Positions 47,978 through 61,055 of a stretch of DNA of 64,000 bases are shown in pieces (position 1 is the stretch's first letter; every line of letters begins with the position of its first letter). The position numbers were made by a program, and so were the translations under genes. Source of the DNA: Octopus sinensis (lineage: Eukaryota). The notes under the pieces were generated by a model, which saw only the letters and a list, made by a program, of their open reading frames with translations, was not told where the DNA came from and made no database searches. Where the stretch lies: the NCBI RefSeq assembly GCF_006345805.1, contig NC_043016.1, positions 21,762,001 through 21,826,000 of the forward strand, given 5' to 3'.

Positions 47978-49090
47978 ATATGACACCACTACACATACCA
48001 CACACCCCATCCCCACAGGAGCGTCACACTTAATAATGCGCACTTCCCACACAAACGCTTTGAGATAACACTCCGGCCTCACAGCATACGCAACCAAGGG
48101 GCATAACTCCTAACCTAATACCCTGGCTCTTTTTCGTTTCACCAACCTTTTCCACAGCAGCCGCTGATAGGTTGTGTTAATCCACCTCCAACAATAGAAA
48201 GTAGTCGCCATATTTCTTTCCATATTGGCTAACTCTGATGAGCATAAGATTATACAATCAGATTTTTACCTAATACTTCATTGTTCCTTGCGAAAAACGA
48301 ATTGGTAAGATCGGTTGTGATGGATATATAATACTATATATTTTGGATAATATATCCAATCTATTGATGGCCTTTGATATAACCCAGTCTGGATCTCCAA
48401 TATCTCATCTAAGATCGTGAAACAATTTTTCACCGCACTTGATCGCTGCTTCCCTAAAAATGTAGTGTACAGCAAAATATTCAACCGACACACTATAAAA
48501 CTATCATATACAAATTCATCAAACTTAGAGCATCATATTCAAAAGATTAACAACCACAAATTGAGGTGACAACCAACATACCGAACAGAACCAATCCCTC
48601 TAGCGCTCGATGTACACAAGCCAACAAAATCAAACAGTTATGCTCATGCAGAGGTAGATCCAATTGCCATTTGGATAACCAATGTATGACTAAGAACATG
48701 GTATACAAGTGCACTATAAATACTAGAGGATGCCCTTACGTATATATCGGGGCATCGGCTGATTTTTTCAAAAATCGATACCGCACCAACATTGCCAGCT
48801 TTCGAAATATCCTTAAATGACTTATAACATCACTGGCCGATTTTATCTGGAGGCTTAAAGAAGCAAAGATAAAATACGAACTTACATCGTCCTTACTTAG
48901 ACACGCGAGTTCCTACAACAATATATCCCGCAAATGGCAGTTATGCTCCGAGGAGTCACCCTCGATAATGTTAACAAAGGAGCGCATTATAAATAAATTC
49001 ACTGAACAATTACCCAGATGCCTACACACAGCTAAGCACATATTCACATATTACAATGTATACATGACGCCCACAACTCTTAATACACAT
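47978..49090 (+). mobile_element. Penelope-like 3' fragment (inverted pLTR, thumb, Cys linker, GIY-YIG)
   Basis: 47978-48370 mirrors 47444-47846. YNPVW...ALDRCFPK..KIFNRHTIKLSY; CSCRGRSNCHLDNQC..MVYKC...YIGASADFFKNRY; LCSEES. Confidence 0.85.
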
Positions 49091-49376
49091 GAACTTGAGG
49101 AACTATATTTGAATAACTTGCACTTGACATATGATTTTGCAATCTAGATCCATATGTGTATATATATATATGTATGTATGTATGGATGGATGGATGGGTG
49201 GGTGTGTGTATGTATGTATGTATGGATGGATGTATGTATGTATGTATGTATGTATGTGTGTATGTATGCATATATATGTGTGTGTATATGCATATATATG
49301 TATGTGTATGATGTATGTATGTGTGTATATGTATATGTGTGTGTGTGTGTGTGTGAGCATATATGTATATATATGC

Positions 49377-49435
<59 letters not shown>

Positions 49436-49436
<1 letters not shown>

Positions 49437-49600
49437 TCACAGAGTGGTTGGTGTTAGGAAGGGCATCCAGCTGTAGAAACATTGCCAGATAAGACCGGAG
49501 CTTGGTGCAGCCTTCTGGCTTCCCAGATTCCCGGTCGAACGTCCAACCCATGCTAGCATGGAGAACGGACGTTAAACGATGATGATGATGATGATGATGT
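49436..49600 (+). mobile_element. RTE-tail repeat with (GAT)n
   Basis: GGTTGGTGTTAGGAAGGGCATCCAGCTGTAGAAAC...GTTAAACGATGATGATG. Confidence 0.8.
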
Positions 49601-50561
49601 ATATGTGCGTCTAAGCACGAACACCAAAAAATTTTCGTCTAAGTATTATCTTCCTTTCAACTTCTACTTCCTTTTCTTTCTCTCAACAGTTACAACAGCG
49701 ATGGCTTATTTCATCATTTTCTCTAAACTAGAATGTATAATTTTCACATTCACATTTGAATTTTTTGCTTTTCAATAATTTTTCTCTGTTTTTGCTCATT
49801 CTCGAATTTGATGGACATATAGCGGTAAGCCGACTCAGGAAATCTCTAGTGAGTTGATGTATCAGAAGACTCCCAGAACAGGTCGAAATATGTGTTGCAC
49901 CCAATAAAATCTATTACACATTCAATCTATTTTATTAATACTGTTACCCCAACCACCACTACGAAGTTCCTGCAATAAATCTACGGATAACAACAGGTAG
50001 TAGTCGACACTGTGCTGATGCTTTACTCATCATCTATTTATACATTTTGTATAATTTCTCCATTATATATATATATCCCTTTATAAAGAGTAGATGAATA
50101 GGCAACGATGAGTAGGCCACCTTTATAAGGAGTTGAGGAGTAAACAATGAAAATTTGATATTATTACCAGTCAATTCCCAGATTAAAGTTGTCAAAGAAG
50201 TATGTTTTTCTTACAACATAGATAGATGGTTATTTCATTTAGATTTAAATTCAGAAGCAACAGCATCAATATAGTAATATGATTTGTTACTGGTATCTTT
50301 GGAGCATTTATATATAATAATTTTTTTGTAGGCATTGATTGTTAATAGGACAATTTAATTATTTCTGTAATTGCACCATCAAACAGTTCTGATATTGTAA
50401 TTATTATTATTAAAATTCTGCCATGGTGTACTTCTTTCATCCTTTTAGGATCTATAAAAGAAGTGCCATGGGGTTGATGTTATTGACAATACTCCTCCCC
50501 CTAATTTTCATGTTTTGTGGATTATTATAATTATTATCATCATCATCATCATCATCATCAG

Positions 50562-50606
<45 letters not shown>

Positions 50607-50609
50607 TAT

Positions 50610-51960
50610 CGCCTTTGCACAACCTCTAACGCTGGAGATGTACTACAGTGTCAACTGTTCACTATCTGTGAACTAAGGTAACACCCCTTATTTTTTGAGT
50701 GCCTTCGAGCGGTTCCAAGCAGTGCTGTTGTCTACAAGTGCTCTACCCTTATTGCAGCCCCTATTTTTTTCCATGTACTTCTCAAGATTTTTTCTCACTG
50801 TTCCCAGGGCTCCGACATTTATTGGTACTACTACCACCTTTTTCATCGACCCCAACTGCTTAACCTCCCAAGCTAACCTGTCATATCTTTCGACTTTTCT
50901 TTCTTCCTTATCGCATACCTTGTTGTCAACTGGGCATGCTATATCTATGATCCAGCATAGTTTGCTTTCTTTCTCAATTAAGATTATGTCTGGCTTCCTA
51001 TTCTCTATCTCATGGTCGCACTGAATCATAAAATCCCACAGGATCTTTGCATTATCCTTTTCCATGATGCCTTCGGGTTTATGGTTGTACCAATTTTTTC
51101 TCTGTCAAGTCCATACTTGTTGCAAAGTGTCCAATGGACAAGCCTTGCTATATTGTCATGGCTTCTCTTATATTCCTTCTGAGCATGTGGTGTACATTGG
51201 CTGGTAATATGCCATACGGTTTCACCATTTTGTCCACAGATTCTGCACTTATCACTTTCTGATGTGTTGTCTATTCTGCATCTTATGTAGTTTGTTCTTA
51301 GTTCTTGGTCTTGGGCAACACAGATTAGAGCCTCCGTTTCTGGTTTTGAATCACTTTTAGTCATCCACAGCCATCTTTTTTCTCTGTCTATCTTATCTTC
51401 AACATCCCCATGAAATTGGCCATGCATTCTTTTCTTTATTCACTTACTTTCAGTTTCAATAGTTTTCAATTTCTTGTATAGTGCTTTATTTTTGCAATCT
51501 TTCATCCTACACAAGCCTGACCTTCCTACCTCTAATAATAGCAGTTCTGTGGAATTTTTTACATACCATGCTATGTTGTTTCCTTCTGCTCTAATGCTGT
51601 GTTCGCATCCAATAAGTCCTCTTCCCCCTCTTTTTCTTGGTACATACAGTCTGTCTGTGTCACTTTTTGGGTGGAGTATCCCATATCTAGTTAGCAACTT
51701 CCTTGTCTTTCTGCCTAAGCTGTTTAGTTCGTCTGCAGTCCATGTGATTACCCCTGCTTCACATCTAAGGAATGAAACCGCCCTGGTATTGATAGCATCA
51801 ATCTCATTCCGTCTGTTTAATTTTGACTTAAGGATCAGTCTCAGTCTGCGCGAGTACTCTACCTTAAATTTTCCTGTCATTTTTTCTCCATCAATTTATC
51901 CATTTCCAAAATCCCCAAGTACTTATAGCCCGTCCATTCCAAACATACTGTCCACTCCAA
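50610..51960 (-). mobile_element. R4/Dong-like non-LTR retrotransposon, 5'-truncated (RT end, CCHC, RLE)
   Basis: HGQF...KPETEALICVAQDQELRT...CRICG...ETVWHITSQC...HDNIA; KILWDF.IQCDHEIENRKPDII...IIDIACP...KVERY; 3' end abuts an (ATC/ATT)n tract at 50520-50608. Confidence 0.9.
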
Positions 51961-51964
51961 TTAT

Positions 51965-52740
51965 AAAGAGAAGAGAGGATGAAACCCATAAACTGACTAC
52001 AGTCTATCTACCCTATGTGAAAGGCCTCTCTGAAAAGATACAAAAAATATGCGGCCCATATGACATCAGGGCAGTATTCAAGAGTAATACAACACTTCAC
52101 AAATATCTCCTTAGAGTAAAACCACCAATGGAAGAGAATATAACCAAAGACTGTGTGTACTCCATCCCATGCAGCTGTGGTAGGTTATACAAAGGCGAAA
52201 CATGCTGCCCTCTCAAAATAAAGATAGAGGAACAACGCAAAGCTGTGACATGAGGTGGTATCGATAAATCGGGTATAGCTGCTCATGTATGGAAAAATGA
52301 AGACCACCAGTTCCTGTGGGATGAAGTTAAAATAATAGACAGAGAACACCACTGGAAAAAGATTCAATCTACTACACTTTCAGTCCTCAAAATGCATGAG
52401 GAGAAATGTTTGCGAGTTATTAACATCATGCCCTGGAGAGATAAATAAAATGAGAGGAGAATTTCATATCTGCACAAAACTGTTTGATTAAATAATTTTC
52501 TTCTTTTTCCTGTTTTTGTTTCTTTTCCTCTTTTTCTTTTTGCCAGTTGTAAATTTGAAAATTGAAAGCTGATGATGTCATTTCATCAATGTGGAATGCT
52601 GATTGCCCTCGTTCAAATTTTGGATTTGAATTTCTATGTATCACTTATCATTTTGAACTTGACAAAGACAGGCTAGCTGTCGAAATATTGTTCAAACCAA
52701 TAAAATATCTACTGCAATCATATCACACTCTTTGTATTGT
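51965..52740 (+). mobile_element. Penelope/Poseidon-type PLE 3' fragment (GIY-YIG) with HHR-like end
   Basis: VYLPYVKGLSEKIQKI...DCVYSIPCSCGRLYKGET...KSGIAAHVW; TTTGAAC-TTGACAA-A-GACAG-GCTAG-CTGTC-GAAA-TATT-GTTCAAA at 52652-52696. Confidence 0.8.
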
Positions 52741-52741
52741 C

Positions 52742-52772
<31 letters not shown>

Positions 52773-52784
52773 GTAAAGGTGGCG

Positions 52785-52985
52785 AGCTGACAGAATCATT
52801 AGCAATCCAAGCAAAACACCTAGTAGCATTTCATCTGTTTTTATGTTCTGAGTTTAAATTCTGCTGAAGTTGACATTGCCTTTCATCCTTTTGATGAAAT
52901 AAATAACAGCTGAACTGAGGTCAGTGTAACCAACTAGCCTCCTCCACCTGAAATTGCTGGTCTTGTGTAAAAAATGGAAACCATT
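52785..52985 (+). mobile_element. SINE family 2
   Basis: GGCGAGCTGACAGAATCATTAGC...GAGTTTAAATTCTGC...GCCTTTCATCCTTTTG. Confidence 0.75.
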
Positions 52986-53750
52986 GTTATTGAAGACGTC
53001 GCACAGTATCCGATATTGTGATGTAGATTGAAGATATTGTGTATACCAGGGGTTTGTACTGTCTGTCAAGTCACAACAAGGACTTCAGATAGTATTTTAC
53101 GCAGCATGAGTGTAATTCGTAGTAAAACCAATTTTTGTAATACACCAAGACTGTAGGGTATTTCTAAAGTGTCCTGATGTTTCTTCAGGTTTGATGATAT
53201 TGAACCCAATGCTCCAATGACAACAGAAACAAATTTTATGTTTGACCCTCACAGCTGTCATATCTTGACGATCTCAATCCTCAGGTCTCCATATTTGGTG
53301 ACCTTTTCACTTTCTTTCATGATAATATGATGATCCCCTGGCATTGCTTCGTTAATTATTAGGATCTCTTGTTTGTCGCTCCTAAAGGTTACTAAATCTG
53401 GTCTTTGGTGCTCTGACACCTTGTCTGTCTGGAAGTTAAAGTCCCAGAGGATCTTTGCCTTCCAATTTTCGTCCATTGGTACCAAGCATCCGTTACTTCA
53501 TATCATACTTCCGGCATAGTAGCAATGAAAGTTTTAGGTTACCTTGTCGTGTTTGTTCTTGTACTCTTTCTGTGGAAAACTTTCAGATGCACTAACAATA
53601 TGAGTCATGCTTTCAACCTTCTTCCCTACACATTCTGCAGAGGTCTGTTGCACTTGTGTGGTATATATCCCTTTTCACTGAGTTGTGAAATGCCTGATCC
53701 TGGACAGTGATGATAAGGTTTTCGCTTCTTGGTCTTTTAAGTAATTAGTA
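52985..53750 (-). mobile_element. R4/Dong-like copy (UTR type B)
   Basis: KILWDFNFQTDKVSEHQRPDL...EKVTKYGDLRIEI; (ATT)n at 53752-53790. Confidence 0.85.
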
Positions 53751-53790
53751 CCATTATTATTATTATTGTTATTATTATTATTATTATTAT

Positions 53791-53905
53791 ATGAAAACTC
53801 ACAACTTATATTGCTGGGTACGATGGAAAGTGTCAGCTGTTCGCAGCCAACAGACTAAGGTTAAACTTGTTAACTGGTCATGCTTCAAGAACCCTGCTGG
53901 GGCTT
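53791..53905 (-). mobile_element. Very short R4/Dong-like 3' end (UTR type C)
   Basis: Minus-strand RVLEA* plus UTR, then (TAA)n; matches the 54345-54455 fragment. Confidence 0.6.
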
Positions 53906-53929
53906 ATTATTGTTGTTGTTGTTGTTATT

Positions 53930-55600
53930 ATAGACGTCGCACAATATACAATATCGTGAGGTTGTTGATTGAAGATATTGTGTCTAACGGGATTTGTAGT
54001 TTGCCAAGTCACAATAAGGACCTCAGACAGACAGTACTTAACGCAATATGCGTGCAGTTCTAAGTAATGCTGACTTTTGCAATACATCTAGATTGTAGGG
54101 GATTTCTAAAGTTTTCAGTTGTTTTTTTAGATTGGGTGTTATTAAACCCAATGCTTCAATGACAATAGGGATAACCTTTATGTTTGACTCTCATAGCTGC
54201 CACATCTTAGTGATCTCAATTCTCAGGTTTCCATATTTATCAACCTTTTCTGTTTCTTTCATGATGACATGTTGATCTCCTGGCACAGCCACATCAATTA
54301 TTACGTACTCTTGTTTGCCCCTCCTAAAGCTTACTATATCTACATGGCTGAAAAAAATCGATGCAAGTGTGAAGGTAGAACATCTACAAAAATCAGCATT
54401 GCTTGGAATCCCAAGAATTCTTCGCAGGGTACTTGAAGCATGACCAATTAACAAGTGTCACCTTGTCTGTCTGAAAGTCAAAGTCCCAGAGGATTTTTGT
54501 CTTCCTCTTTTCGTCCATTACCTTTTCCGATGTATGTTGGTACCAAGCACCCGTAACCTCATATCCATATTTACGGCATAGTAGCCATTGGAAGTTTTGG
54601 GCTACCTTGTTGTGTCTATGCTTGTACATTTTCTGCACAAAATTTTCACAAGTACTAACAATGTGAGTCATGCATTCGACCCTCTTCCTACACATTCGTC
54701 AGAGGTCCAGTCCGTTGCACTTGTCTGGTATATATTCATTTTCACTGAAGTTGGCATTCAATGCCTGGTCCTGGGCTGCGATGATTAGGCTTTCAGTATT
54801 CTTTTTTTAGGTCACCCTTGTTAAGCCACCTCCATGATGCTTCTTGGTCTTTTAATATCTTGGTTTCACGGTGGAACTGACCGTGTTGTTCCATGCAGAG
54901 TTGGGTTTCTTCTCTCTCATTAGCTGTCCTTGATCGGAATTCATGAGGACTCTCAAGTCCACTTTCATTAAAACCTTTTGTATTAACAGCATGCTGTAGC
55001 AAATCCTGTTTACTGTTTACCGAATATTCTGACATGTTCTTCTTTCACTATTGATGCACTCCTGTCCGCAAATCAGTTCATGTCCACCTTTACCCCTCTT
55101 CATGCAGAGCCTGTGTACATTCGTCTTAGGGTGGAGGGCACCATAAATTGTTATTGTCTTCTGGGTAGTGCGATCGAGTTGGTTAATCTCCGCTTGTGTC
55201 CATTTCAGGACACAAGTGGAAAATATGCTTGAAATATGCAGTGATGACCCTTTCATTTCTTTGTGCAAGATATTGTCCAGCTCCAGGATCCCAAGATACT
55301 TGTACCCATCATCATCCAGGTCTTCCATTCTCTCTCCGTTTGGCAATTCTATGCCCCTACAATTTACTCCCCCCCCCACTTCAAAGTAAGCACCGCACAC
55401 TTCAAGATACCGAATTCCATCCCTATATCCTTGCTGCACATTTTCACAGCCTCAGCCAGCCTCTCCATTTCAGGTTCTGTTTTTGCGAACAGTTTTAAAT
55501 CACCCAACGCGTTAGCTTTGCGTAGGACTACAGAAAATGGGATCAAGGCTATAATAAATAACAGAGGTGAACAAGAGTGTCCTTGGAAGATACCTCTTCT
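53930..55600 (-). mobile_element. R4/Dong-like copy (UTR type B) with a small inverted insert
   Basis: DLKLFAK, YKYLGILE, CRKRVECMTHIVSTC, KILWDFDFQTDK, IIDVAVPGD..EKVDKYGNLRIEITKMW; flanked by TTA/TTG tracts. Confidence 0.88.
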
Positions 55601-55714
55601 GATCGTTACTTCGGCTAAGTGCTGGTTGTTATTATTATTACCTCGGCTAAGTGCTAGTTGCTAAAGTCAAATGACTGAAACAAGTAAAAGAGTAAAAGAG
55701 TATTCGAGTTACCT

Positions 55715-57119
55715 CTATTTCCAGGTTTTTGTATTTTGAAAGTTTCTCCATTTCTTTTAGAGACACGTTGTCATTTTCTGGTATTGATATATCAATTAGA
55801 AAGCATTTTTTTCTTCTTGATCTCTAACAACTATATCTGGCCTATTGGCTTTAATTTCTCTATCTGTGTGTATTGGCATATCCCAGAGTATGGTTGCTTT
55901 CTCGTTTCCTGTGACCTTTTCTGGTGTGTGCCTATACCATCTTTTTTCTGTTGTTATTCCATAGTGTTGGTATAGCTTCCAGTGTATGTAGGTCCCAACT
56001 CTGACGTGTCTGTGAATATATTCCTTCTTAGCCAGGACTGGGCAGCCAGAGATAATATGATTTATTGTTTCTTGTCCATCTCTACATATTCTGTAGTTAC
56101 TTGTTATGTTTCTTTTCATTATATGTTTTTGGTAATTTCTGATGGAGAGGCTTTGGTCTTGTGCTACAATTAAAAATCCCTCCATCTCTGCTTTGAGTCC
56201 TGAGCTTCTCAACCATTGCTGGGATTTTTCTCTGTCTATTTCTTTTGCATTTAGTTTAGTCTAGTATTTGCCATGAAGGTTCTCTTCTTGCCATCATTTT
56301 ATCATGGTCCATTGCTGTTCAAGTTTTAGTTTGGATTTCATTTGTTTTATAGCTTTTGTTGTTTCTTCTTCTTCATATTTGTTAGGTAGTATGATTTCTT
56401 GTTTGTATTTGTCAACTTCCTTAAATACTGAGAACAGTTTTTTGTTTTGCTCGTGTTTTGAGGCTATTTGTATCAGTTTTCCTTGCTTCTGAAGTAGATA
56501 TTTTTGCAGTCCTATGGTGGTTATTCTATAATTGTTTTCCAGCTGTATAAGGTCTCTATCACCTTCTATACGTTGTATATATATAGCCTTTCTATGTCAG
56601 ATTTTGGGTGGTGCATCCTAGATCCTGTCATTATTTTTCTTGTTTTCCTGTCTGTTTTGGTTAGTTCATTTAGTGTCCAGTTAAGGATATTGTAGCTGTA
56701 ACTTATAACTGGGATGGCTAAAGTGTTAATACCTATTATCTTGTTTTTAGCATTGAGTTTTGTTTTTAGTATTGATCTAACTCATCTATAGTATTCTTTC
56801 TTTATTTTCTCTTTCATTTGTGTGTGTTGTATCATATCTAGTTCATGGATTCCTAAATATTTGTATGTCTGGCTTTGGTCTAATTCTCTTATTTCATTGG
56901 CTTTATCTTGTGTGATGTTTTCCTCTTTTCAGGGTTGCTTTGGCGCATTTTTCTAATCCATATTTCATATCTATTTCTTTGGTAAATCCATGTACTGTCT
57001 ATAGTAGTGTTTCCAGCTGTTTGTCATTTGTAGCGTATAGTTTTAGGTCATCCATATGTAAAAGGTGGCTGATTGTTTTGCTGTAACATTTGTATCCGCA
57101 TCCAGTTCTATTTAGCATA

Positions 57120-57120
<1 letters not shown>
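55715..57120 (-). mobile_element. R4/Dong-like fragment (RT to RLE, 3' end lost)
   Basis: ISHLLHMDDLKLY; EGFLIVAQDQSL...RICRDGQETINHIISGCP...HVRVG..IHW..ILWDMPIHTDREIKANRPDI; (ATT)n at 57121-57190. Confidence 0.88.
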
Positions 57121-57189
<69 letters not shown>

Positions 57190-57650
57190 TTCATCTTCTT
57201 TCAATTCCACTTCCATTTCTAGCTGGGTGTCTTCCTGATACCTAGAGCAGAGAAACTCACTATATACATTGGTAGGCCATTAAAATAAACACACCAGATT
57301 GTTTGTTTTCAAAGTCATATTATAGAAAAAAGGGGAAGAAAGACAGAAAAAATAAAAAATATAAAAGTAAACAAAGAAAATAAAGGGCAAAAAAGGAAAG
57401 AAAATTCACAGCAATAATGATCTTCTCAACACATGTGATGCACCAATTAATACAATCATTTGCACTTCCTGCATGGATAGTAATCCAGGGATCATTCTTA
57501 AATAATTTTCAGTTCCTTTTATGATCATTCCAAGTGCTCCTACAATCACTGGTATTGGTAACCATCTTGAGATGCCATCTTTGCTCCTACTACTGCATGG
57601 TATTGTTATATGTTGTTTAGTTTTGACCTTTGTCTTCGAGATAATCATAA
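57190..57650 (-). mobile_element. R4/Dong-like 3' end (UTR type D)
   Basis: PVIVGALGMIIKGTENYL..IPGLLSMQEVQMIVLIGASHVLRRSL; UTR shared with the 59590 copy. Confidence 0.8.
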
Positions 57651-58109
57651 ATATGTGAGGGTTGGAGGGGATTGGAGGTGAAAGAGAAGCAGCTTACTGA
57701 ATAGATCAAATTCGATAAATCTGTAAATAGGTTCAGCAGATGGTGAGGAGGAGATCAACAATAGGACTTCACATTCCTGTGCGATCATAAGACAAAAGAA
57801 GCATCGCATACTTGCGGTCAGCAGAGGTCAAATGTGTTTACAACTACTATAGATCAAAGAGAGCATTGACCTTGGCCTCAGAAAGAATCAATTCACCTTA
57901 TTCTGTTTTTAATTACTGATAGTCAAAATAATAATATATATATACTGATGTTTACATTGTTGAATATTTCAATGTTTATTTTTGATTTTTTGAATTTTCT
58001 TTTTCTTTCTATAAGTTTTGCTATGGTTTACAGTTTTTGTAATTGTGCAGTTTGTACATAATGGCAGGTGCTTATCTCCTTAATTTTTAATCATGCTTTT
58101 AATTTGTTG

Positions 58110-58458
58110 TTTCATTAAAAGGTATGTTTACATATTCGAGTAATCAGAGAGAAAAGAAGGGTAAAATTTTCACAGAAAGTTGTAAATATTAAAGTTTCAA
58201 TTTTTCTAAAGATGATCATTTGTATGTCTGGCCTGGGAAAACCGTAGTGTTCTTGTAATAAAAAGGATGTTTACATTTTTGAATTGGCGCTGCAATTTCA
58301 AGAACACTACAGTTTTCTCTGGTTGGACATACAAATGATCATCTTTAGAAAATTTAAAACTTTAATATCTACAATTTTCTATGAAAATTTAACCCTTGTT
58401 TTCTTTCCTTTCCTTCCTCCCTGAATATTCGAAAATGTAGATATCCTTTTTATTGCAA
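58110..58458. repeat. Fold-back / MITE-like inverted repeat (~150-bp arms)
   Basis: TTTTCTAAAGATGATCATTTGTATGTC...GTAGTGTTCTT / AAGAACACTAC...GACATACAAATGATCATCTTTAGAAAA. Confidence 0.75.
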
Positions 58459-58496
58459 AAACATTATTATTAATATTATAATCATTATTATTATTA

Positions 58497-58529
<33 letters not shown>

Positions 58530-58537
58530 CATCATCA

Positions 58538-58745
58538 TATGTTTGGCTTTTGCTTTGTATTTGTACAAATTGACTTGAAGTCTCATCCAGAGACCTCAAG
58601 AGACAACAAGTTAGTAGTTCAAGTTGGTGTTATGACTAGGATTTTGGGTTTTGCAGAATATTGTTCTAGAGAATGTCTGTTAAAACAAGAAAATTTGAAG
58701 TTTGTTTAAGAGTAATTTGATTATAAGATGACAGTGTGATCTTAA
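58538..58745 (-). mobile_element. Isolated R4/Dong 3' UTR (type E)
   Basis: TATGTTTGGCTTTTGCTTTGTATTTGTACAA...CCAGAGACCTCAAGAG matches 58829-58900; (ATT)n to its left. Confidence 0.65.
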
Positions 58746-58828
58746 GAAGACAGTAAAATGTGTTTATAAGATGATAGTGTGATATTAAGATGATAGTAAA
58801 AGGTTATTATTATTATTATTATTATTCT

Positions 58829-59557
58829 ATGTTTGACTTTTGCTTTATATTTGTACAAGTTGGCTCCAAGTCTCACCCAGAGACCTCAAGAGGCAACAGG
58901 TTGGAAGTTAGTATTGTTGTAATGCCTAGTGTGCCATATATTTGGTTTTGTATTTAGTGTTGTACTAGTGAATGCCTAAAAAAAAAATTTTTTTTTTTAA
59001 TTTAAAAAAAAACAAAACGAAAGTTATGTTTGTTTTAAAACTTGAGGTTACATAGAAAGTATTTTGCATAGGATATGAGCAGTTCCCATGAGCACTATCT
59101 TTTGAATTTCTGCCATTTTGGGGTTTCCTGGTATCTGAGTTAGGTAGCGATCAGCCCCTTTTGCTATCATTCCCAGGGCACCTATGACAACAGGTATTGT
59201 TTTAGTCTTCAGGTTCCACATTTTGCTGATTTCTATTTCAAGATCTTTATATTTGCTCAGTTTTTGGTAGGTCTTGACAGATATGTTTATATCGATTGGG
59301 ACAGTCATATCAATGAGGAGGCATGTTCTTTGTTTGAAGTCTTTCAATATGATGTCTGGCCTATTTGCATCTATCTTTCTGTTAGTTTGAATGGGGAGGT
59401 TCCAGAGGAGTGAGATGTGGTCATTTTCAAGCACTGGAGGTGGTTTGTGTTCCCACCAGTTTTTTTCATGGGGCAAATCCAGGTTTTTGCAGATTACCCA
59501 GTGAATATATTGTGCAGCTCTATCATGCCTGTTGAGATACTCTTGATGAGATACTCT
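58829..59557 (-). mobile_element. R4/Dong-like copy (UTR type E) with an open RLE frame
   Basis: ORF 59048-59593: EYLNRHDRAAQYIHW...LLWNLPIQTNRKIDANRPDII..LLIDMTVP...KLSKYKDLEIEISKMW..IPVVIGALG..IQKIVLMGTAHIL; (ATT)n on both sides. Confidence 0.92.
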
Positions 59558-59589
59558 TATTATTATTATTATTATTATTATTTTCATTA

Positions 59590-60875
59590 TCATCTTCTTT
59601 CAATTCTGTTTCCATTTCTTGCTGAGTGTCTTCCTGACACCTAAGACAGAAAATCACACTGTATACATTGGTAGGCTATTAAAATAAACACACCAAATTG
59701 TCCATTTACAAAGTCATGTGATAGAGAAGAAAGGGGAAGAAAGACAGAGAGAAAAAATAAAAAAGTAAACAAAAAAAATAAAAGGGGAAAATAGGAGAGA
59801 AAATTTACAGTGACAATGCTCTTAGTATGTATGGTGTACTAGTTAAGACACTCTTTTGCACTTCCTGTATGGATGTAAGCCAGGGATCATTCTTAAAAAA
59901 TTTTCAGTTCTTTTTTTTATCATTCCAAGTGCTCTTACAACCAATGGTATTGTAACTGTCTTAAGATGCCACATCTTTTTGATTTTAGTGTGCAAATCTT
60001 ATCAAATTCTTTTGCCAAAAAGGGTATGCTCATGTCAATCAATAAACAGGCTTTATTGTTTTGGTCTTTCACAACAATATCTGCTCTGTTTGCTTTGATG
60101 GTCTGGTCTGTACATACTGGGAAGTCTCCATAGCATCATTACATTTTCTCCCTCAGTTACAGCATCAGGATGGTACTTGTACCATTTTTCAGCAGTTTTT
60201 ATTTTATAATGCCAACACATTATCCAGTATAGATATTGGCCAACTCTGTCATGTCTTGATTTGTACTCTTCAGGTGCTAAAACCTTACATCCAGAGATTA
60301 GGTGGTCCACTGTTTCAATCTCATCGTTGCAGTATTGGTACTTTGGGTCTACACCATTTTTCATCACATTGACTTGATAGTTCTGGGCCAATAAGCTCTG
60401 ATCTTGGACAGCCAAGATAAAACCTTCACTCTATGCCTTTAGCCCTGAGCTCTGTAGCCACTGATAGGTGTGCTTCTGGTCTACATCAGCTTGTTTGCTA
60501 TAGGCCACATATTTGTCATGCAGAGGTTTCTGTTCCCACCTATCGGCCAATTGTTCAAACATATTTTGCTTTGCCATTGATTTCACCTTCCTTGCAACTA
60601 CAGTTGCTACACTACCCTCATGCTGTTCAGCCTGGGTATTATGCATAAACTCACTTAAAAATATTTTTCCTTCTTAACAGAATGTAGCTTCTTATGTATT
60701 TCATGGTTTTCAATGAGCTTTAGCATCCAGTCATTAGATGTTTCAAGATATTTTACCAGTACAATTGTGGTGGTTTTGTAGAAGATTCCAAATTGGATCA
60801 AGCCTCGACCTCCTTGAGCTCTGGGTAGGTAAAGACAATCTGCGTCTGCCTTTGGGTAGTGCATCTTATTACAAG
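59590..60875 (-). mobile_element. R4/Dong-like copy (UTR type D)
   Basis: LYLPRAQGGRGL; QKPLHDKY; AVQDQSL..ETVDHLISGC..RHDRVGQYLYW; (ATT)n at 60921-61053. Confidence 0.85.
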
Positions 60876-60920
60876 TTAGCAGCTTACGGGTTTTCTTGTC
60901 AATCTTCTTTATTTGCTGTA

Positions 60921-60988
<68 letters not shown>

Positions 60989-61001
60989 CATAATCATTAT
61001 C

Positions 61002-61054
<53 letters not shown>

Positions 61055-61055
<1 letters not shown>

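Noticed and set aside
45150-49090. Selenoprotein-type (UGA-recoding) PLE
   Set aside because: The domain order is C-terminal endonuclease, not the Naiad type; stops are mixed and accompanied by frameshifts, consistent with decay.
51474-52253. 259-aa ORF as a novel gene
   Set aside because: It is a chance fusion of antisense Dong sequence with a PLE GIY-YIG fragment.
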